From an uncultured Muribaculaceae bacterium (GTDB lineage Bacteria > Bacillota_I > Bacilli_A > RF39 > UBA660), in the NCBI GenBank assembly GCA_964650315.1, contig CAZYQE010000002.1:72140-136139 (forward strand): DNA of 64,000 nt. The letters run 5' to 3'. The number at the start of each line of letters is the position of its first letter. Within the stretch, counting starts at the first letter, position 1. Position numbers and translations under genes: made by a program. Below the pieces are notes generated by a model, which saw only the letters and a program-made list of their open reading frames with translations, was not told where the DNA came from and did no database searches. Shown one piece after another: positions 1-9,440 of the stretch.

Positions 1-549
1 GTAGTATTCTTAACTTATATAATTGCAGAAAATGAAGATGGTATGTATATAATAGACCAACATGCTGCTGCTGAAAGAATTAATTATGAGAAAACTTTAA
101 AGAAAATAAATGAAAATAAAACAGTTATAGATTTATTAGTACCAGTAAAGATAGAATTATCTAGTGATGAATATTTAATTATTAAAGATAAGTTTGATGT
201 TTTAGATAATTATGGTTTTAAAACAGAAGAATTTGGTCTTAATACTATCATTATTAGAACTGTACCTGGTTGGGTAGAAGATATATTCCAAGAAGAAATT
301 GTTAAAAAGATAGTAGATACTATACTTGTTAATGAAAAGTTTGATTTTGATCAATTTGTATGGAGAATGGCTGCAACTCAAGCATGTAGAATGTCTATAA
401 AAGCTAATGATTATATATCTGAAGAAGATCAAATATATCTATTAGAAAATTTAAGAAAATGTGATAATCCATTTACTTGTCCTCATGGTAGACCAACTAT
501 CATAACATATTCTAAATATGAATTAGAGAGTATGTTTGAAAGGTCATAG
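1..549 (+). CDS. mutL: DNA mismatch repair endonuclease MutL, C-terminal part (5' end lies outside the window)
   Basis: The frame is open from base 1. It carries the DQHAAAERINYE endonuclease motif and the CPHGRP motif of the MutL C-terminal domain. miaA follows directly. Confidence 0.9.
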   Translation, partial: VVFLTYIIAENEDGMYIIDQHAAAERINYEKTLKKINENKTVIDLLVPVKIELSSDEYLIIKDKFDVLDNYGFKTEEFGLNTIIIRTVPGWVEDIFQEEIVKKIVDTILVNEKFDFDQFVWRMAATQACRMSIKANDYISEEDQIYLLENLRKCDNPFTCPHGRPTIITYSKYELESMFERS

Positions 550-550
550 T

Positions 551-1417
551 ATGGAAGATATTATTGTAATAGTTGGGCCTACTGGAGTAGGTAAGACAAA
601 ATTAAGTGTAGAATTAGCTAAAAGACTTAATGCAGAGATAATAAATGGAGATTCAGTCGCAATATATAAAAAATTAGATATAGGTAGTGCTAAACCAACA
701 AAAGAAGAACAAGAGAATATAAAACATCACTTAATAGATATATGTGATGTAGAAGACAACTACTCAGTATTTGACTATCAAAAGCAAGCTAGAAAAATAA
801 TAGAGGATTTAAACAAACAAAATAAAAGAATAATTATAGTAGGAGGAACCGGTCTATATATAAAAGCACTTTTATATAATTATGAATTTATTGAAGGTAC
901 TACTAATAATGAATATAATGATTTAACAAATGAAGAATTATATAAAAAAGTATTAGAATATGATAATAATTTAGATATTCATACAAATAATAGAAAAAGA
1001 TTAGTAAGATTATTAAATAAATATGAAAATAATGAAGTAATAAGTAATAAAAAGAATGAATTATTATATCCATGTAAAGTAATAGGTTTAACTACTGATA
1101 GAGATATATTATATGATAGAATCAATAAAAGAGTAGATATAATGATTAAAAATGGTCTATTAGATGAAATTAATAATTTAAAAGGTTATTATAAGAATTC
1201 TAGAATATTAAATAATGCTATTGGATATAAAGAATTTACTGAATACTTTGAAAACAATAATTTAGAAGATACTATAAATAAAATAAAACTAGATTCTAGA
1301 AGATATGCAAAAAGACAATATACTTTCTTTAAAAATCAATTCAATACTAAATGGTTTGATGTAGATTTTAATGATTTTAATAATACAATAGAAGAAGTAT
1401 ATAATCATATAAAATAA
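551..1417 (+). CDS. miaA: tRNA dimethylallyltransferase
   Basis: P-loop GPTGVGKT and the typical N-terminus IVIVGPTGVGKTKLS...AIYKKLDIGSAKP. The ATG at 551 has a GAAAGG RBS. The track start at 536 overlaps the mutL stop. Confidence 0.9.
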   Translation: MEDIIVIVGPTGVGKTKLSVELAKRLNAEIINGDSVAIYKKLDIGSAKPTKEEQENIKHHLIDICDVEDNYSVFDYQKQARKIIEDLNKQNKRIIIVGGTGLYIKALLYNYEFIEGTTNNEYNDLTNEELYKKVLEYDNNLDIHTNNRKRLVRLLNKYENNEVISNKKNELLYPCKVIGLTTDRDILYDRINKRVDIMIKNGLLDEINNLKGYYKNSRILNNAIGYKEFTEYFENNNLEDTINKIKLDSRRYAKRQYTFFKNQFNTKWFDVDFNDFNNTIEEVYNHIK

Positions 1418-1426
1418 AAAAACACA

Positions 1427-3046
1427 CTATTGTGTGTTTTCTTCTTGTTCTACTATTGGAATTTGAATATTAGTTCCTTGTACTGGTTGAGCTGGTTGCT
1501 GTACCTGTTGCACCTTTTTATCATCTTCAACTTCTGTACCTAAAGCAGCAACTGCTGGTGGAGTAGAAGTTTGATTATTAGGATTAGGAGTTACTTGCAC
1601 AGGTTGTACTGCTGGAGCAACAGACTTTACTTGATTAGCAGGAACTTGTACAGGCTGCACCTTAATATCATTATTAACAGGCTCACTTTGTGGTGGAACC
1701 ACTTGTACTTGATTAGTAGGAGATGGTAAAGTTTTCTCTTCTTTTTTAACCTCAGTATTAGATTCATTAGTAAAAGTAGGAACATTTAATGTTTCAGGTT
1801 CAGAATCATCACTACTAACACTACTTAATTCATTATCATTAGTAAATAATGAATCAACATCATCAATTTCAATAATACGATATACTTCATCAAAAGAAGT
1901 AATACCATCTACAACTTTACCTAAAGCATCTTGAAGCATAGTAATTACTTTATCAGTATAAACTAAATTCTTAAGTTGCTCTTTTTTTAATTCTTCTTCA
2001 TTTAAAGCATTTCTAATATCATCATCAAATTCTAATACTTCTTGTATAGCAATACGTCCTTTATAACCATGATGACATTCATCACATCCATTTTCATTAA
2101 CATCATGTACTTTCTCTACATCTTTATTTAAAAATTTCTTTAGTAATTTCTTTTCATAATCAGTAGTATCTCTTTCAATACAACATTTAGGACAAATTCT
2201 TTTAGCTAATCTTTGAGAAATAATACCAGTAAGCGCAGTAGATAATAAATATCTTTCAACCCCCATATCTAATAATCTTTCTACAGTAGCTAAAGCATTA
2301 TTAGTATGCACAGTAGATAAAACTAAATGACCAGTAATAGATGATCTAACAGCTATTTTAGCTGTCTCAGGATCACGAATTTCCCCAATAAGTATTATAT
2401 TAGGATCTTGTCTTAAAACAGATCTAAGAACTTTAGAAAAAGTCATACCAATCTCAGAATTAACTTGTACTTGATTAAGACCTTCAATACTCATTTCAAT
2501 AGGATCTTCTACAGTAACAATATTAGTTTCCTCTTTATTAAGAGTTTGTAAAATAGAATAAACTGTAGTAGATTTACCAGAACCAGTAGCACCAGTAATT
2601 AAGATTATCCCATTAGGTACTTGAATCATTCTTTTTAATTTTTCTAAATTTTTTGCATTAAAACCTAATTTATCTAAACCCTCTAAACTTCTAGAATAAT
2701 CTAATATACGTAAAACTATTTTTTCTCCTTCATTAAGTGGTAAAGAAGAAACACGAATATCTAAATCTAAATCCCCAATCTTACCTTTGATTGCACCATC
2801 TTGAGGAAGTCTTGTCTCTGTAATGTTCATATTAGCTAATAATTTTAATCTAGTAGCTAAATTCTTTTCGTAAGTTTTACTAATAAAAGTATAGTCTTGT
2901 AATTCACCATCTATTCTAAAGCGAACTATCATTCCATCTTCCCTAGGGTCAAAATGTATATCTGAAGCATTTGCCTTAGCAGCAGCCACAATAATATAGT
3001 CAGCTATTTGAGTAATAGGTGTTTTATTAAAATCAAACTTAACCAT
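1427..3046 (-). CDS. GspE/PilB/ComGA-family type II/IV secretion ATPase with a P/Q/V-rich C-terminal extension
   Basis: Walker A GATGSGKST, ILIGEIRD, His box GHLVLSTVHTN, tetracysteine CPKC...CDEC, and ASDIHFDP...RFRIDG in the N-terminal domain. The last ~145 aa are low complexity. Confidence 0.85.
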   Translation of the reverse strand: MVKFDFNKTPITQIADYIIVAAAKANASDIHFDPREDGMIVRFRIDGELQDYTFISKTYEKNLATRLKLLANMNITETRLPQDGAIKGKIGDLDLDIRVSSLPLNEGEKIVLRILDYSRSLEGLDKLGFNAKNLEKLKRMIQVPNGIILITGATGSGKSTTVYSILQTLNKEETNIVTVEDPIEMSIEGLNQVQVNSEIGMTFSKVLRSVLRQDPNIILIGEIRDPETAKIAVRSSITGHLVLSTVHTNNALATVERLLDMGVERYLLSTALTGIISQRLAKRICPKCCIERDTTDYEKKLLKKFLNKDVEKVHDVNENGCDECHHGYKGRIAIQEVLEFDDDIRNALNEEELKKEQLKNLVYTDKVITMLQDALGKVVDGITSFDEVYRIIEIDDVDSLFTNDNELSSVSSDDSEPETLNVPTFTNESNTEVKKEEKTLPSPTNQVQVVPPQSEPVNNDIKVQPVQVPANQVKSVAPAVQPVQVTPNPNNQTSTPPAVAALGTEVEDDKKVQQVQQPAQPVQGTNIQIPIVEQEENTQ

Positions 3047-3144
3047 ACTATTTCAACCCCTTTTTGTTTACTTTCCTATGGTAATTTATCTTATTTTATT
3101 ATATAATAAAAATACAAGAATAGCAAGAAAGTAGATGTGAAAAA

Positions 3145-3735
3145 ATGAAAAAGTTATTAAAAGGGAATAATAAAGGCTTTGTATTAGTAGAAACATTGAT
3201 TGCAACTGTCTTTGTTGCAGCAATTTTCAGTATTATTTATATAAACTTTTTTCCATTAATGGGAGAGTATGAAAAACGTGAAAATTACGACGATGTAGAT
3301 AGTAAATATGGAGCATTTTGGGTAAAGCGTTTTGTAGAAGATAGTGATAAGTTTGGTTTTGGTTCTCACCATGGTTTCTTAGTATTGGGACATTTATGTT
3401 TAGCAAAAAATGAATTTTGTACTACAATGTATAATGATAACAACAAATTAAATAGATGCAATAATATATTAACCGGATTAAAAGTCAAACAGATAGTTTT
3501 AACACCATACAAATTAAGTCGAATAAAAGAAAAAATAAAAGAAAATGATGCAATGGTTTCCAATTTAACAAGCGAAATGAAAGAATATATAAAATATTTA
3601 CCAGAATATGATAATTATCACTCATTATATGACAATGATTACAGAGTAATTGTAGAATTTGAACAAGCTGATAAAGATGGATTAGGAAACGAAGTAACAT
3701 ACAATACATTTTCAACTATGGAGGTAAACAAATGA
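3145..3735 (+). CDS. Prepilin-type (class III signal peptide) pseudopilin-like protein
   Basis: The N-terminus MKKLLKGNNKG/FVLVETLIATVFVAAIF fits the G/FxxxE cleavage-methylation motif followed by a hydrophobic helix. Confidence 0.6.
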   Translation: MKKLLKGNNKGFVLVETLIATVFVAAIFSIIYINFFPLMGEYEKRENYDDVDSKYGAFWVKRFVEDSDKFGFGSHHGFLVLGHLCLAKNEFCTTMYNDNNKLNRCNNILTGLKVKQIVLTPYKLSRIKEKIKENDAMVSNLTSEMKEYIKYLPEYDNYHSLYDNDYRVIVEFEQADKDGLGNEVTYNTFSTMEVNK

Positions 3736-4316
3736 GAAAGTTAAATAATAAAGGTATGACTACTACAGAATTATTAATTACTTTTGTAATAGTAGCCTCT
3801 GTAGTGTTATCACTCTATGTTAGTATTGCAAATTTAAGATCAAAAGAAATTATAGCTTCATATAAACAAAGTATCACAACATATAAAGACTTACTTACTA
3901 GGGAAATACAAACTGATATCATTACCAAAAGATTAACTAATGCCACAATAGAAAATCCAAGTCAAGGTAATGTATTAGTATTAAAATTTTCAGATAATAT
4001 TGAAAAAAAGTTAAGAATAGGTTACGCCGATCCTGCAAACATTGCATCCGCAAATGTATGTTCAAATCCAACAGGAACCCTAAATAGTTCTATAATATAC
4101 GGAAATGAAGAACACCCATTACCAACTTTAGGTGCAACAGCCCTTAATACTAGTTTAGGGTGTGTAAATGTAAATAGTCTAAGAATCAAACAAGAAGGTA
4201 CACCTTACTTTAAAATAGAAAATAATATTCTAATTATAAATATAAAACTATATCACCCAGATCTTGGAAATAAATATTCAATAAATATAGTCGCTCCAAT
4301 AAATTATGACAAATAA
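3732..4316 (+). CDS. Prepilin-type pseudopilin-like protein
   Basis: N-terminus MRKLNNKG/MTTTELLITFVIVASVV (G then E at +5, then a hydrophobic helix). It has a 4-nt ATGA overlap with the upstream pilin-like gene. Confidence 0.6.
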   Translation: MRKLNNKGMTTTELLITFVIVASVVLSLYVSIANLRSKEIIASYKQSITTYKDLLTREIQTDIITKRLTNATIENPSQGNVLVLKFSDNIEKKLRIGYADPANIASANVCSNPTGTLNSSIIYGNEEHPLPTLGATALNTSLGCVNVNSLRIKQEGTPYFKIENNILIINIKLYHPDLGNKYSINIVAPINYDK

Positions 4317-5180
4317 TAAAATAACACTAATAATAAATTGTAATGTTCTACCAATAATAAAATATTTATAACTAATAGAAGTATCAGAAATGATACTTTT
4401 TACTTGCATATTTACAGATATTCCTCCAAAAGAAATAAAAAATATAATTAATATAGCTTTTATAATATCAACTCTTATTAAACTAGTTAAAAATATACCT
4501 TTAGTTAAGTCAAATACACCATTTAATAATATAAAATTGTAAGTAGAAAAACTAATATATTTAGTAATTATAGTAATAATTAAATAAAAAAATATAGAAG
4601 TACCATATATTAATAATATTACTTTAAAAGAACTGTATATCGCTTTATATAAACTATTAGAAAAAGTAATATTATTATACTTATAATTTATTTTTTCTTT
4701 ATTTTTAGGTCTAAATATTAAACCAATTATAAAATTAGATAAAATTAAAACAATTAAAATATATATTGAATACAAATTATTATTAAATAGAACAGAAACT
4801 GATCCTAAAACAAATATAGGGTTCGGAAAATGAGTAAACATTAATAAATAATTAGATAATTCTACTGATATAAGTCTTTTCTTATATAAATCAACAATAT
4901 ACTTACTACCACTAGGGAAACCACTTATTAAGCTAAGTATTAATACATAAAAAACAGAACCATTAACATGAAATAATTTATTAATATAATATGGTAAATT
5001 ATAATCTAATAATAAAGAAGATATTATAAAAAATATAAAACTTGCTGGAAACAACTTAGTAATAAATAGTTCTGTATAACTAATAATACTATTAATAACT
5101 AAACTTGAATTAATTAAATATAAACATAATAGTGTAAATAAAAATAAAATATAAATATAATTTAAACTCTTTTTTCTCAT
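4278..5180 (-). CDS. Polytopic membrane protein, YlbJ-like (sporulation integral membrane protein family)
   Basis: Multiple TM helices and an SGFPSGSKY motif. It is divergent from a YlbL-like gene, as in the Bacillus ylb region. Start set at MRKKSL; the track start at 5255 looks like an extension. Confidence 0.45.
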   Translation of the reverse strand: MRKKSLNYIYILFLFTLLCLYLINSSLVINSIISYTELFITKLFPASFIFFIISSLLLDYNLPYYINKLFHVNGSVFYVLILSLISGFPSGSKYIVDLYKKRLISVELSNYLLMFTHFPNPIFVLGSVSVLFNNNLYSIYILIVLILSNFIIGLIFRPKNKEKINYKYNNITFSNSLYKAIYSSFKVILLIYGTSIFFYLIITIITKYISFSTYNFILLNGVFDLTKGIFLTSLIRVDIIKAILIIFFISFGGISVNMQVKSIISDTSISYKYFIIGRTLQFIISVILLFVIIYWSDYIY

Positions 5181-5222
5181 AATTCTCCATTTCTTTGTTA
5201 TAATTAATAATGAGGTATATAT

Positions 5223-6233
5223 ATGTTTAAAAAAGTTTATGATAATGTAAAACAATTTATTATAGAAGAATACAAATATATAATATTATATTTAGTTTTA
5301 TTTGTGATTTTTACTTGGCCAGTTAATTATAATATAGTTACCGGAGGAGGAATAAGTAATATAGATAGTAGAATTAATATTACAAATAGTTATAAAAGTA
5401 AAGGTAGTTTTAATATTACTTATGTTAATGAATTAAAAGGCAATGTATTAAATTATTTATTAAGTTATATTATTCCTGATTGGGAAAGAGAAAATATGAA
5501 TGATTATAAATATAATACTAATGAAGATTATTATGATATTTTATATAGAAATAAATTAGAATTAGATTCTGCAAACGATAACGCAATTAAAGTTGCTTAC
5601 ACTCTAGCTAATAAAGAATATAAAGTAATATCTAAAAAAATATATGTAACAGGTACTTTTAAAGAATATAAAACTAAGTTAAAAGCCGGAGATGAAATAT
5701 TAGAAATAGATAATAATAAATTTAACGATATAAAAGAATTAAAAAATTATATTAAAAATAGTAAGACTAAGTATTTAGATGTAAAAATATTAAGAAATAA
5801 AAAAGAGAAAAGATTAAAATGTAAAGTACATAAATATAAAAATGAAAAACTTATAGGTATCGCAATACAAGAAGTTAATAAGTATAAAACTAAACCTAAA
5901 GTAAAAATAAAGTTTAAAAATAGTGAAGCAGGTCCATCTGCTGGATTAATTACTACTTTAGAAATATACAATAATTTAACTAAAGAAGATATAACACACT
6001 CATTAAAAATAGCAGGTACTGGAACTATAGAAGAAGATGGCAATGTAGGTGAAATAGGTAGTATTAAATATAAACTACTAGGAGCAGAAAAAGCTAAAGC
6101 AGATATCTTTTTAGCGCCTTCAGGTAAGAATTATAAAACATGTATTAAATTAAAGAAAAAAAGAAAACTAAAAATTAAAATTATAGAAGTAAAAAATATT
6201 AAACAGGCTATTAGGAAATTAAAATCCCAATAG
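5223..6233 (+). CDS. PDZ domain-containing Lon-like (S16) protease, YlbL/SepM type
   Basis: N-terminal TM helix, a PDZ-like segment (LKAGDEILEIDNNKF) and a Lon catalytic-domain signature SEAGPSAGL...IAGTGTIEEDGNVGEIGSIKYKLLGA. Confidence 0.7.
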   Translation: MFKKVYDNVKQFIIEEYKYIILYLVLFVIFTWPVNYNIVTGGGISNIDSRINITNSYKSKGSFNITYVNELKGNVLNYLLSYIIPDWERENMNDYKYNTNEDYYDILYRNKLELDSANDNAIKVAYTLANKEYKVISKKIYVTGTFKEYKTKLKAGDEILEIDNNKFNDIKELKNYIKNSKTKYLDVKILRNKKEKRLKCKVHKYKNEKLIGIAIQEVNKYKTKPKVKIKFKNSEAGPSAGLITTLEIYNNLTKEDITHSLKIAGTGTIEEDGNVGEIGSIKYKLLGAEKAKADIFLAPSGKNYKTCIKLKKKRKLKIKIIEVKNIKQAIRKLKSQ

Positions 6234-6281
6234 CTTTTAATATATTTATAAATAATGGTTAAAATAATACTAGGTGATACT

Positions 6282-7058
6282 ATGAGAATACTAATAACTG
6301 GATCTTCTTCCGGCATAGGATATAAATTAGGAAAAGAATTAATAAAAAGAGGTCATACAGTATATTTAACTACTCATACAGATAAAGAATTAGTAACCTT
6401 AAAAGCTAAACTAATAGAAGAAAGACTAGATGCTTTAAGTTTTAAAATGGATATAACTACTAAAGATATAAACTTAGTAGATAAATTAAAAATAGATTGT
6501 CTAATTAATAATGCTAGTATAGGTATAGGTGGTTCTATTTTAGATATGAATATAAAATATTTAAAAGAAAACTATAATGTAAATATATTTTCTTCTTTTA
6601 AATTAATACAAAAAGTATATAAAAATATGTTAAAAGATAAAATAAATGGAAAAATATTTATACTATCTTCTTTATCATACTATATAAATTTACCGTTTTT
6701 AGGATGTTATACATCTTCAAAAGCATCTATTTCTACACTAACAAAAACCCTTCAAAAAGAAATAAAGTACTTAGATAATAATATAAAAATATCATTAATA
6801 GAATTAGGTGCTTATAAAACAGGTTTTAATGATGTTATGATAGATAATAAAGATAAATATCAAAATAAAAATAAATTATTTAATTATAATAAAATAACTA
6901 AATTACAAAAAAAGTTCTTTAAAAAAATAGAATCTAGTAATTATAAACCATTAATAAATAAACTAATTAGGAATATAGAAAGCAAAAATCCTAAAAAAAT
7001 AATAAAAAAACCAAAAATATTAAGTATTTTTATAAAAATATATTTACTTTTTCACTAA
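6282..7058 (+). CDS. Short-chain dehydrogenase/reductase (SDR) family oxidoreductase
   Basis: ILITGSSSGIGYKLG cofactor-binding motif and YTSSK catalytic motif. Start taken at MRILITG. Confidence 0.8.
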   Translation: MRILITGSSSGIGYKLGKELIKRGHTVYLTTHTDKELVTLKAKLIEERLDALSFKMDITTKDINLVDKLKIDCLINNASIGIGGSILDMNIKYLKENYNVNIFSSFKLIQKVYKNMLKDKINGKIFILSSLSYYINLPFLGCYTSSKASISTLTKTLQKEIKYLDNNIKISLIELGAYKTGFNDVMIDNKDKYQNKNKLFNYNKITKLQKKFFKKIESSNYKPLINKLIRNIESKNPKKIIKKPKILSIFIKIYLLFH

Positions 7059-7101
7059 AAAGTTTTATTATAATGTGTCATAGACTTTCAGGAGGTCAAT
7101 T

Positions 7102-8682
7102 ATGGCAGATAAATATATAACTATGTTATTAGAAAAACATACACTTAGAGAAAAAGAGTATATATATACACCAGTAGATGCAATCACTATTAAAGAAGAT
7201 GGAACTAATTTATTAGATGAAAATGATGATATAATATTTCCAATTAGTACTATGGAAGCATGTGATCCAAACGTAAAATATGCTATAGATTCTTTTTTAT
7301 GTAATTATGAAGCATATATTAAGGATAGTAAAAATAAAGATGATGAAGATAAAATAAGAGATGAGTATTTTGATTTAAATAAACAATTTTATTTTCATGT
7401 TGTACATGATGATAAAAATGTACAAATTACTACTTTAAATACTGGTATTAACTTAAATTTAGATCCAGATAGTTTGGATTATGCAAAAAGAGTTGCAGAA
7501 AATATAAAAAACAATAGATATACTACAGAAGATTTAAAATTAATTAGAAATAATGTTAAAAGAGAAGAATTAAGAGCTACTGAAATTGGTAAATTATTTG
7601 ATAGTGCTATTAAAATATACGATGAAAATAAACAATATGAAAATGATGAATATGAAATGAGAGGAATTAATAACATAGATAGATTATACAAACAAGTAAC
7701 AAGAACTTTAGTATCCCAAGATAAGGCGGCTGAAGAGTTTATTACTAGATTAACTATGTTAGATTTAGATCGTAATAATAGAAAAGGAATATTATTAACT
7801 GGAGATTCTGGAGTAGGCAAGACTAAATTAGTAGAATTAGTATCTAGATATTCAAAAAGACCTGTTTTAATGATAGATTCTACACAATTAACTATTCCTG
7901 GATATGTTGGTAAAAATATAGAAGAATTTCTATACGATTTATTAGATCAATGTGATTTTGATATAGAAAAAGCAGAAAAAGCAATTATATTCTTTGATGA
8001 AATAGATAAAAAAGGTTCTTCTAAGAAAAGTGATGTTTCAGGACAAGGAGTTCTAAATCAATTATTAAAATTCTTAGATGGAGCTACTTATACTGCTTGT
8101 GAAGATGCTGCTCATAAATCTAATGCATATATGAATATAAATACTGATGATATGATAGTAGTAGCTGGTGGTGCTTTTAATGATGTTTATCACAGTCCAG
8201 ATAATAATAATCCACTAGGTTTTGGAGGAAACACTAAAGAAGAAGCATCAGAAAACAATGTCTCAGTAGATGACTTTGTAGAAAAAGCTCAAATGCCTAG
8301 AGAATTTATGGGAAGATTTTCAATAATACATTTAAATAGTTTAGAAGCAAAAGATTATGAAAGAATATTAAAAGAATCAGATGAATCACCATTAATATCT
8401 GCTAAAAATGTATTTAAGGAAATGGATAATGTAAAACTAACATTCACTAATAATTATATAAAAGCAGCTTCAGAACTTGCTTATAATAGAGAAGTAGGAG
8501 TAAGAGGCTTAAGTGATATAATTACTGAATCTATAAACAATCCATTTAGATATATTAATCAAAATTTAAATAAATATAAAGAGGTAATTATAGATGATAA
8601 TATATTATTAGATCCAGATGATTATCAGTTAAAAGAAAAAACAAATATTGACCACAAGACATTACAAAAATTACCAGAATAG
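7102..8682 (+). CDS. ClpX-like AAA+ ATPase with a non-canonical N-terminal domain
   Basis: Strong RBS AGGAGG. Walker A GDSGVGKT, pore loop PGYVG, Walker B IIFFDEIDK, VSGQGVLNQLLKFLDG, an LGFG loop, and VGVRGLSDII in the sensor-2 region. There is no Cys4 zinc-binding domain. Confidence 0.75.
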   Translation: MADKYITMLLEKHTLREKEYIYTPVDAITIKEDGTNLLDENDDIIFPISTMEACDPNVKYAIDSFLCNYEAYIKDSKNKDDEDKIRDEYFDLNKQFYFHVVHDDKNVQITTLNTGINLNLDPDSLDYAKRVAENIKNNRYTTEDLKLIRNNVKREELRATEIGKLFDSAIKIYDENKQYENDEYEMRGINNIDRLYKQVTRTLVSQDKAAEEFITRLTMLDLDRNNRKGILLTGDSGVGKTKLVELVSRYSKRPVLMIDSTQLTIPGYVGKNIEEFLYDLLDQCDFDIEKAEKAIIFFDEIDKKGSSKKSDVSGQGVLNQLLKFLDGATYTACEDAAHKSNAYMNINTDDMIVVAGGAFNDVYHSPDNNNPLGFGGNTKEEASENNVSVDDFVEKAQMPREFMGRFSIIHLNSLEAKDYERILKESDESPLISAKNVFKEMDNVKLTFTNNYIKAASELAYNREVGVRGLSDIITESINNPFRYINQNLNKYKEVIIDDNILLDPDDYQLKEKTNIDHKTLQKLPE

Positions 8683-8732
8683 TATTGTAATATGCAAGCA
8701 ATTATGTTATATTTATATTGCTTGTATTTTAT

Positions 8733-8809
8733 GGCGATGTAGCTCAGTTGGCTAGAGCGTTCGGTTCATACCCGAAAGGTCGTGGGTTCGACTCCCTCCG
8801 TCGCTACCA
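8733..8809 (+). tRNA. tRNA with CAU anticodon (elongator Met or lysidine-modified Ile2); encoded CCA
   Basis: Hand-folded cloverleaf: acceptor GGCGATG/CGTCGCT, D arm GCTC/GAGC, anticodon stem TTCGG/CCGAA with loop TTCATAC, T loop TTCGACT. It lacks the three G-C pairs of an initiator anticodon stem. Confidence 0.85.
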
Positions 8810-8887
8810 TATAAAAATAACTCAAACAATTAAGTTTGAGTTTTATTTTACTTCTTTTCTCATCATTTAATCCAAGTATGAATAATA

Positions 8888-9364
8888 TTATTCACCAAAA
8901 ATGTCTTTAAAATTTTTCTTTTTTAATTTATATTTTGTATTTCCTCTATTATTAATTCTATCAGAAATAGTTTTACTTTTTTCCTCAATTGTTGAATCAG
9001 AATTATAATAATATTCCATATTAGATAATACTTCATCTTCTACAAATTTATAATAATTAAATTCTTCTGCACTTTTAGTACTATTTATTTCTACAACCTT
9101 AGATCTTTTAAAAACAGACTTCTCAATACTATATTTATCATAACCAGGTATTATATCTATTGTTTTAGTACATACAGGACAAAAGCATTCATATACATTC
9201 CCAACTTTATGAACTTCATTATCATTCCATTTAAATACTAACTCATGGGAACATTTCTTTTTTAATTTATGTTCTCTCCAACGTAATTTCTTCCCATCAC
9301 GTTCTAATTTTAATTTCTGTTTATATATATCTTTTCTTTCTTCAATAATATCAATCTTTTTCAT
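8888..9364 (-). CDS. Hypothetical protein with a putative zinc-ribbon (C-x-H ... CFCPVC)
   Basis: ORF with RBS GGAGG upstream. No recognisable family. Confidence 0.5.
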   Translation of the reverse strand: MKKIDIIEERKDIYKQKLKLERDGKKLRWREHKLKKKCSHELVFKWNDNEVHKVGNVYECFCPVCTKTIDIIPGYDKYSIEKSVFKRSKVVEINSTKSAEEFNYYKFVEDEVLSNMEYYYNSDSTIEEKSKTISDRINNRGNTKYKLKKKNFKDIFGE

Positions 9365-9440
9365 AGTAAACCTCCTGAAAGTAAATATATTATAACATAT
9401 TTTACTATTATTTGATATAATAAATATGGAGGAATAATTT

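Noticed and set aside
202-432. Short antisense or alternative-frame ORFs listed in the track. These are 202..432, 3366..3563, 3485..3715, 5747..6043, 6131..6316, 7479..7820, 9874..10071, 17066..17257, 19436..19693, 23034..23228, 23836..24027, 27564..27755, 28076..28258, 34617..34808, 34842..35111, 35372..35596, 37434..37646, 44702..44893, 46218..46457, 46327..46518, 51501..51710, 56564..56764, 60236..60517, 60270..60458, 61827..62099, 61925..62197 and 62343..62537.
   Set aside because: Each lies inside a longer ORF with clear family motifs on the other strand or frame. Their translations are low-complexity Ile/Leu/Phe/Ser strings typical of shadow ORFs in AT-rich DNA, and they lack an RBS.
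536-550. Longer N-terminal extensions offered by the ORF track. The track starts concerned are 536, 5255(-), 6255, 13430, 15383, 15969, 17410, 19629, 21682, 21698(-), 22500, 28156, 28579, 34101(-), 37305, 41618, 46959(-), 49620 and 59958(-).
   Set aside because: In each case an internal ATG sits 5-10 nt after a Shine-Dalgarno-like sequence and matches the family-typical N-terminus. The extension overlaps the upstream gene, a terminator or a promoter region. These starts remain predictions.
8733-8809. Apparent G1-U72 wobble at the top of the acceptor stem in the CAU tRNA, and likewise in tRNA-Glu (60014..60090).
   Set aside because: Firmicute homologs as I remember them end similarly (...CGCT-ACCA). 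I cannot verify this without alignments, so I do not treat it as unusual.
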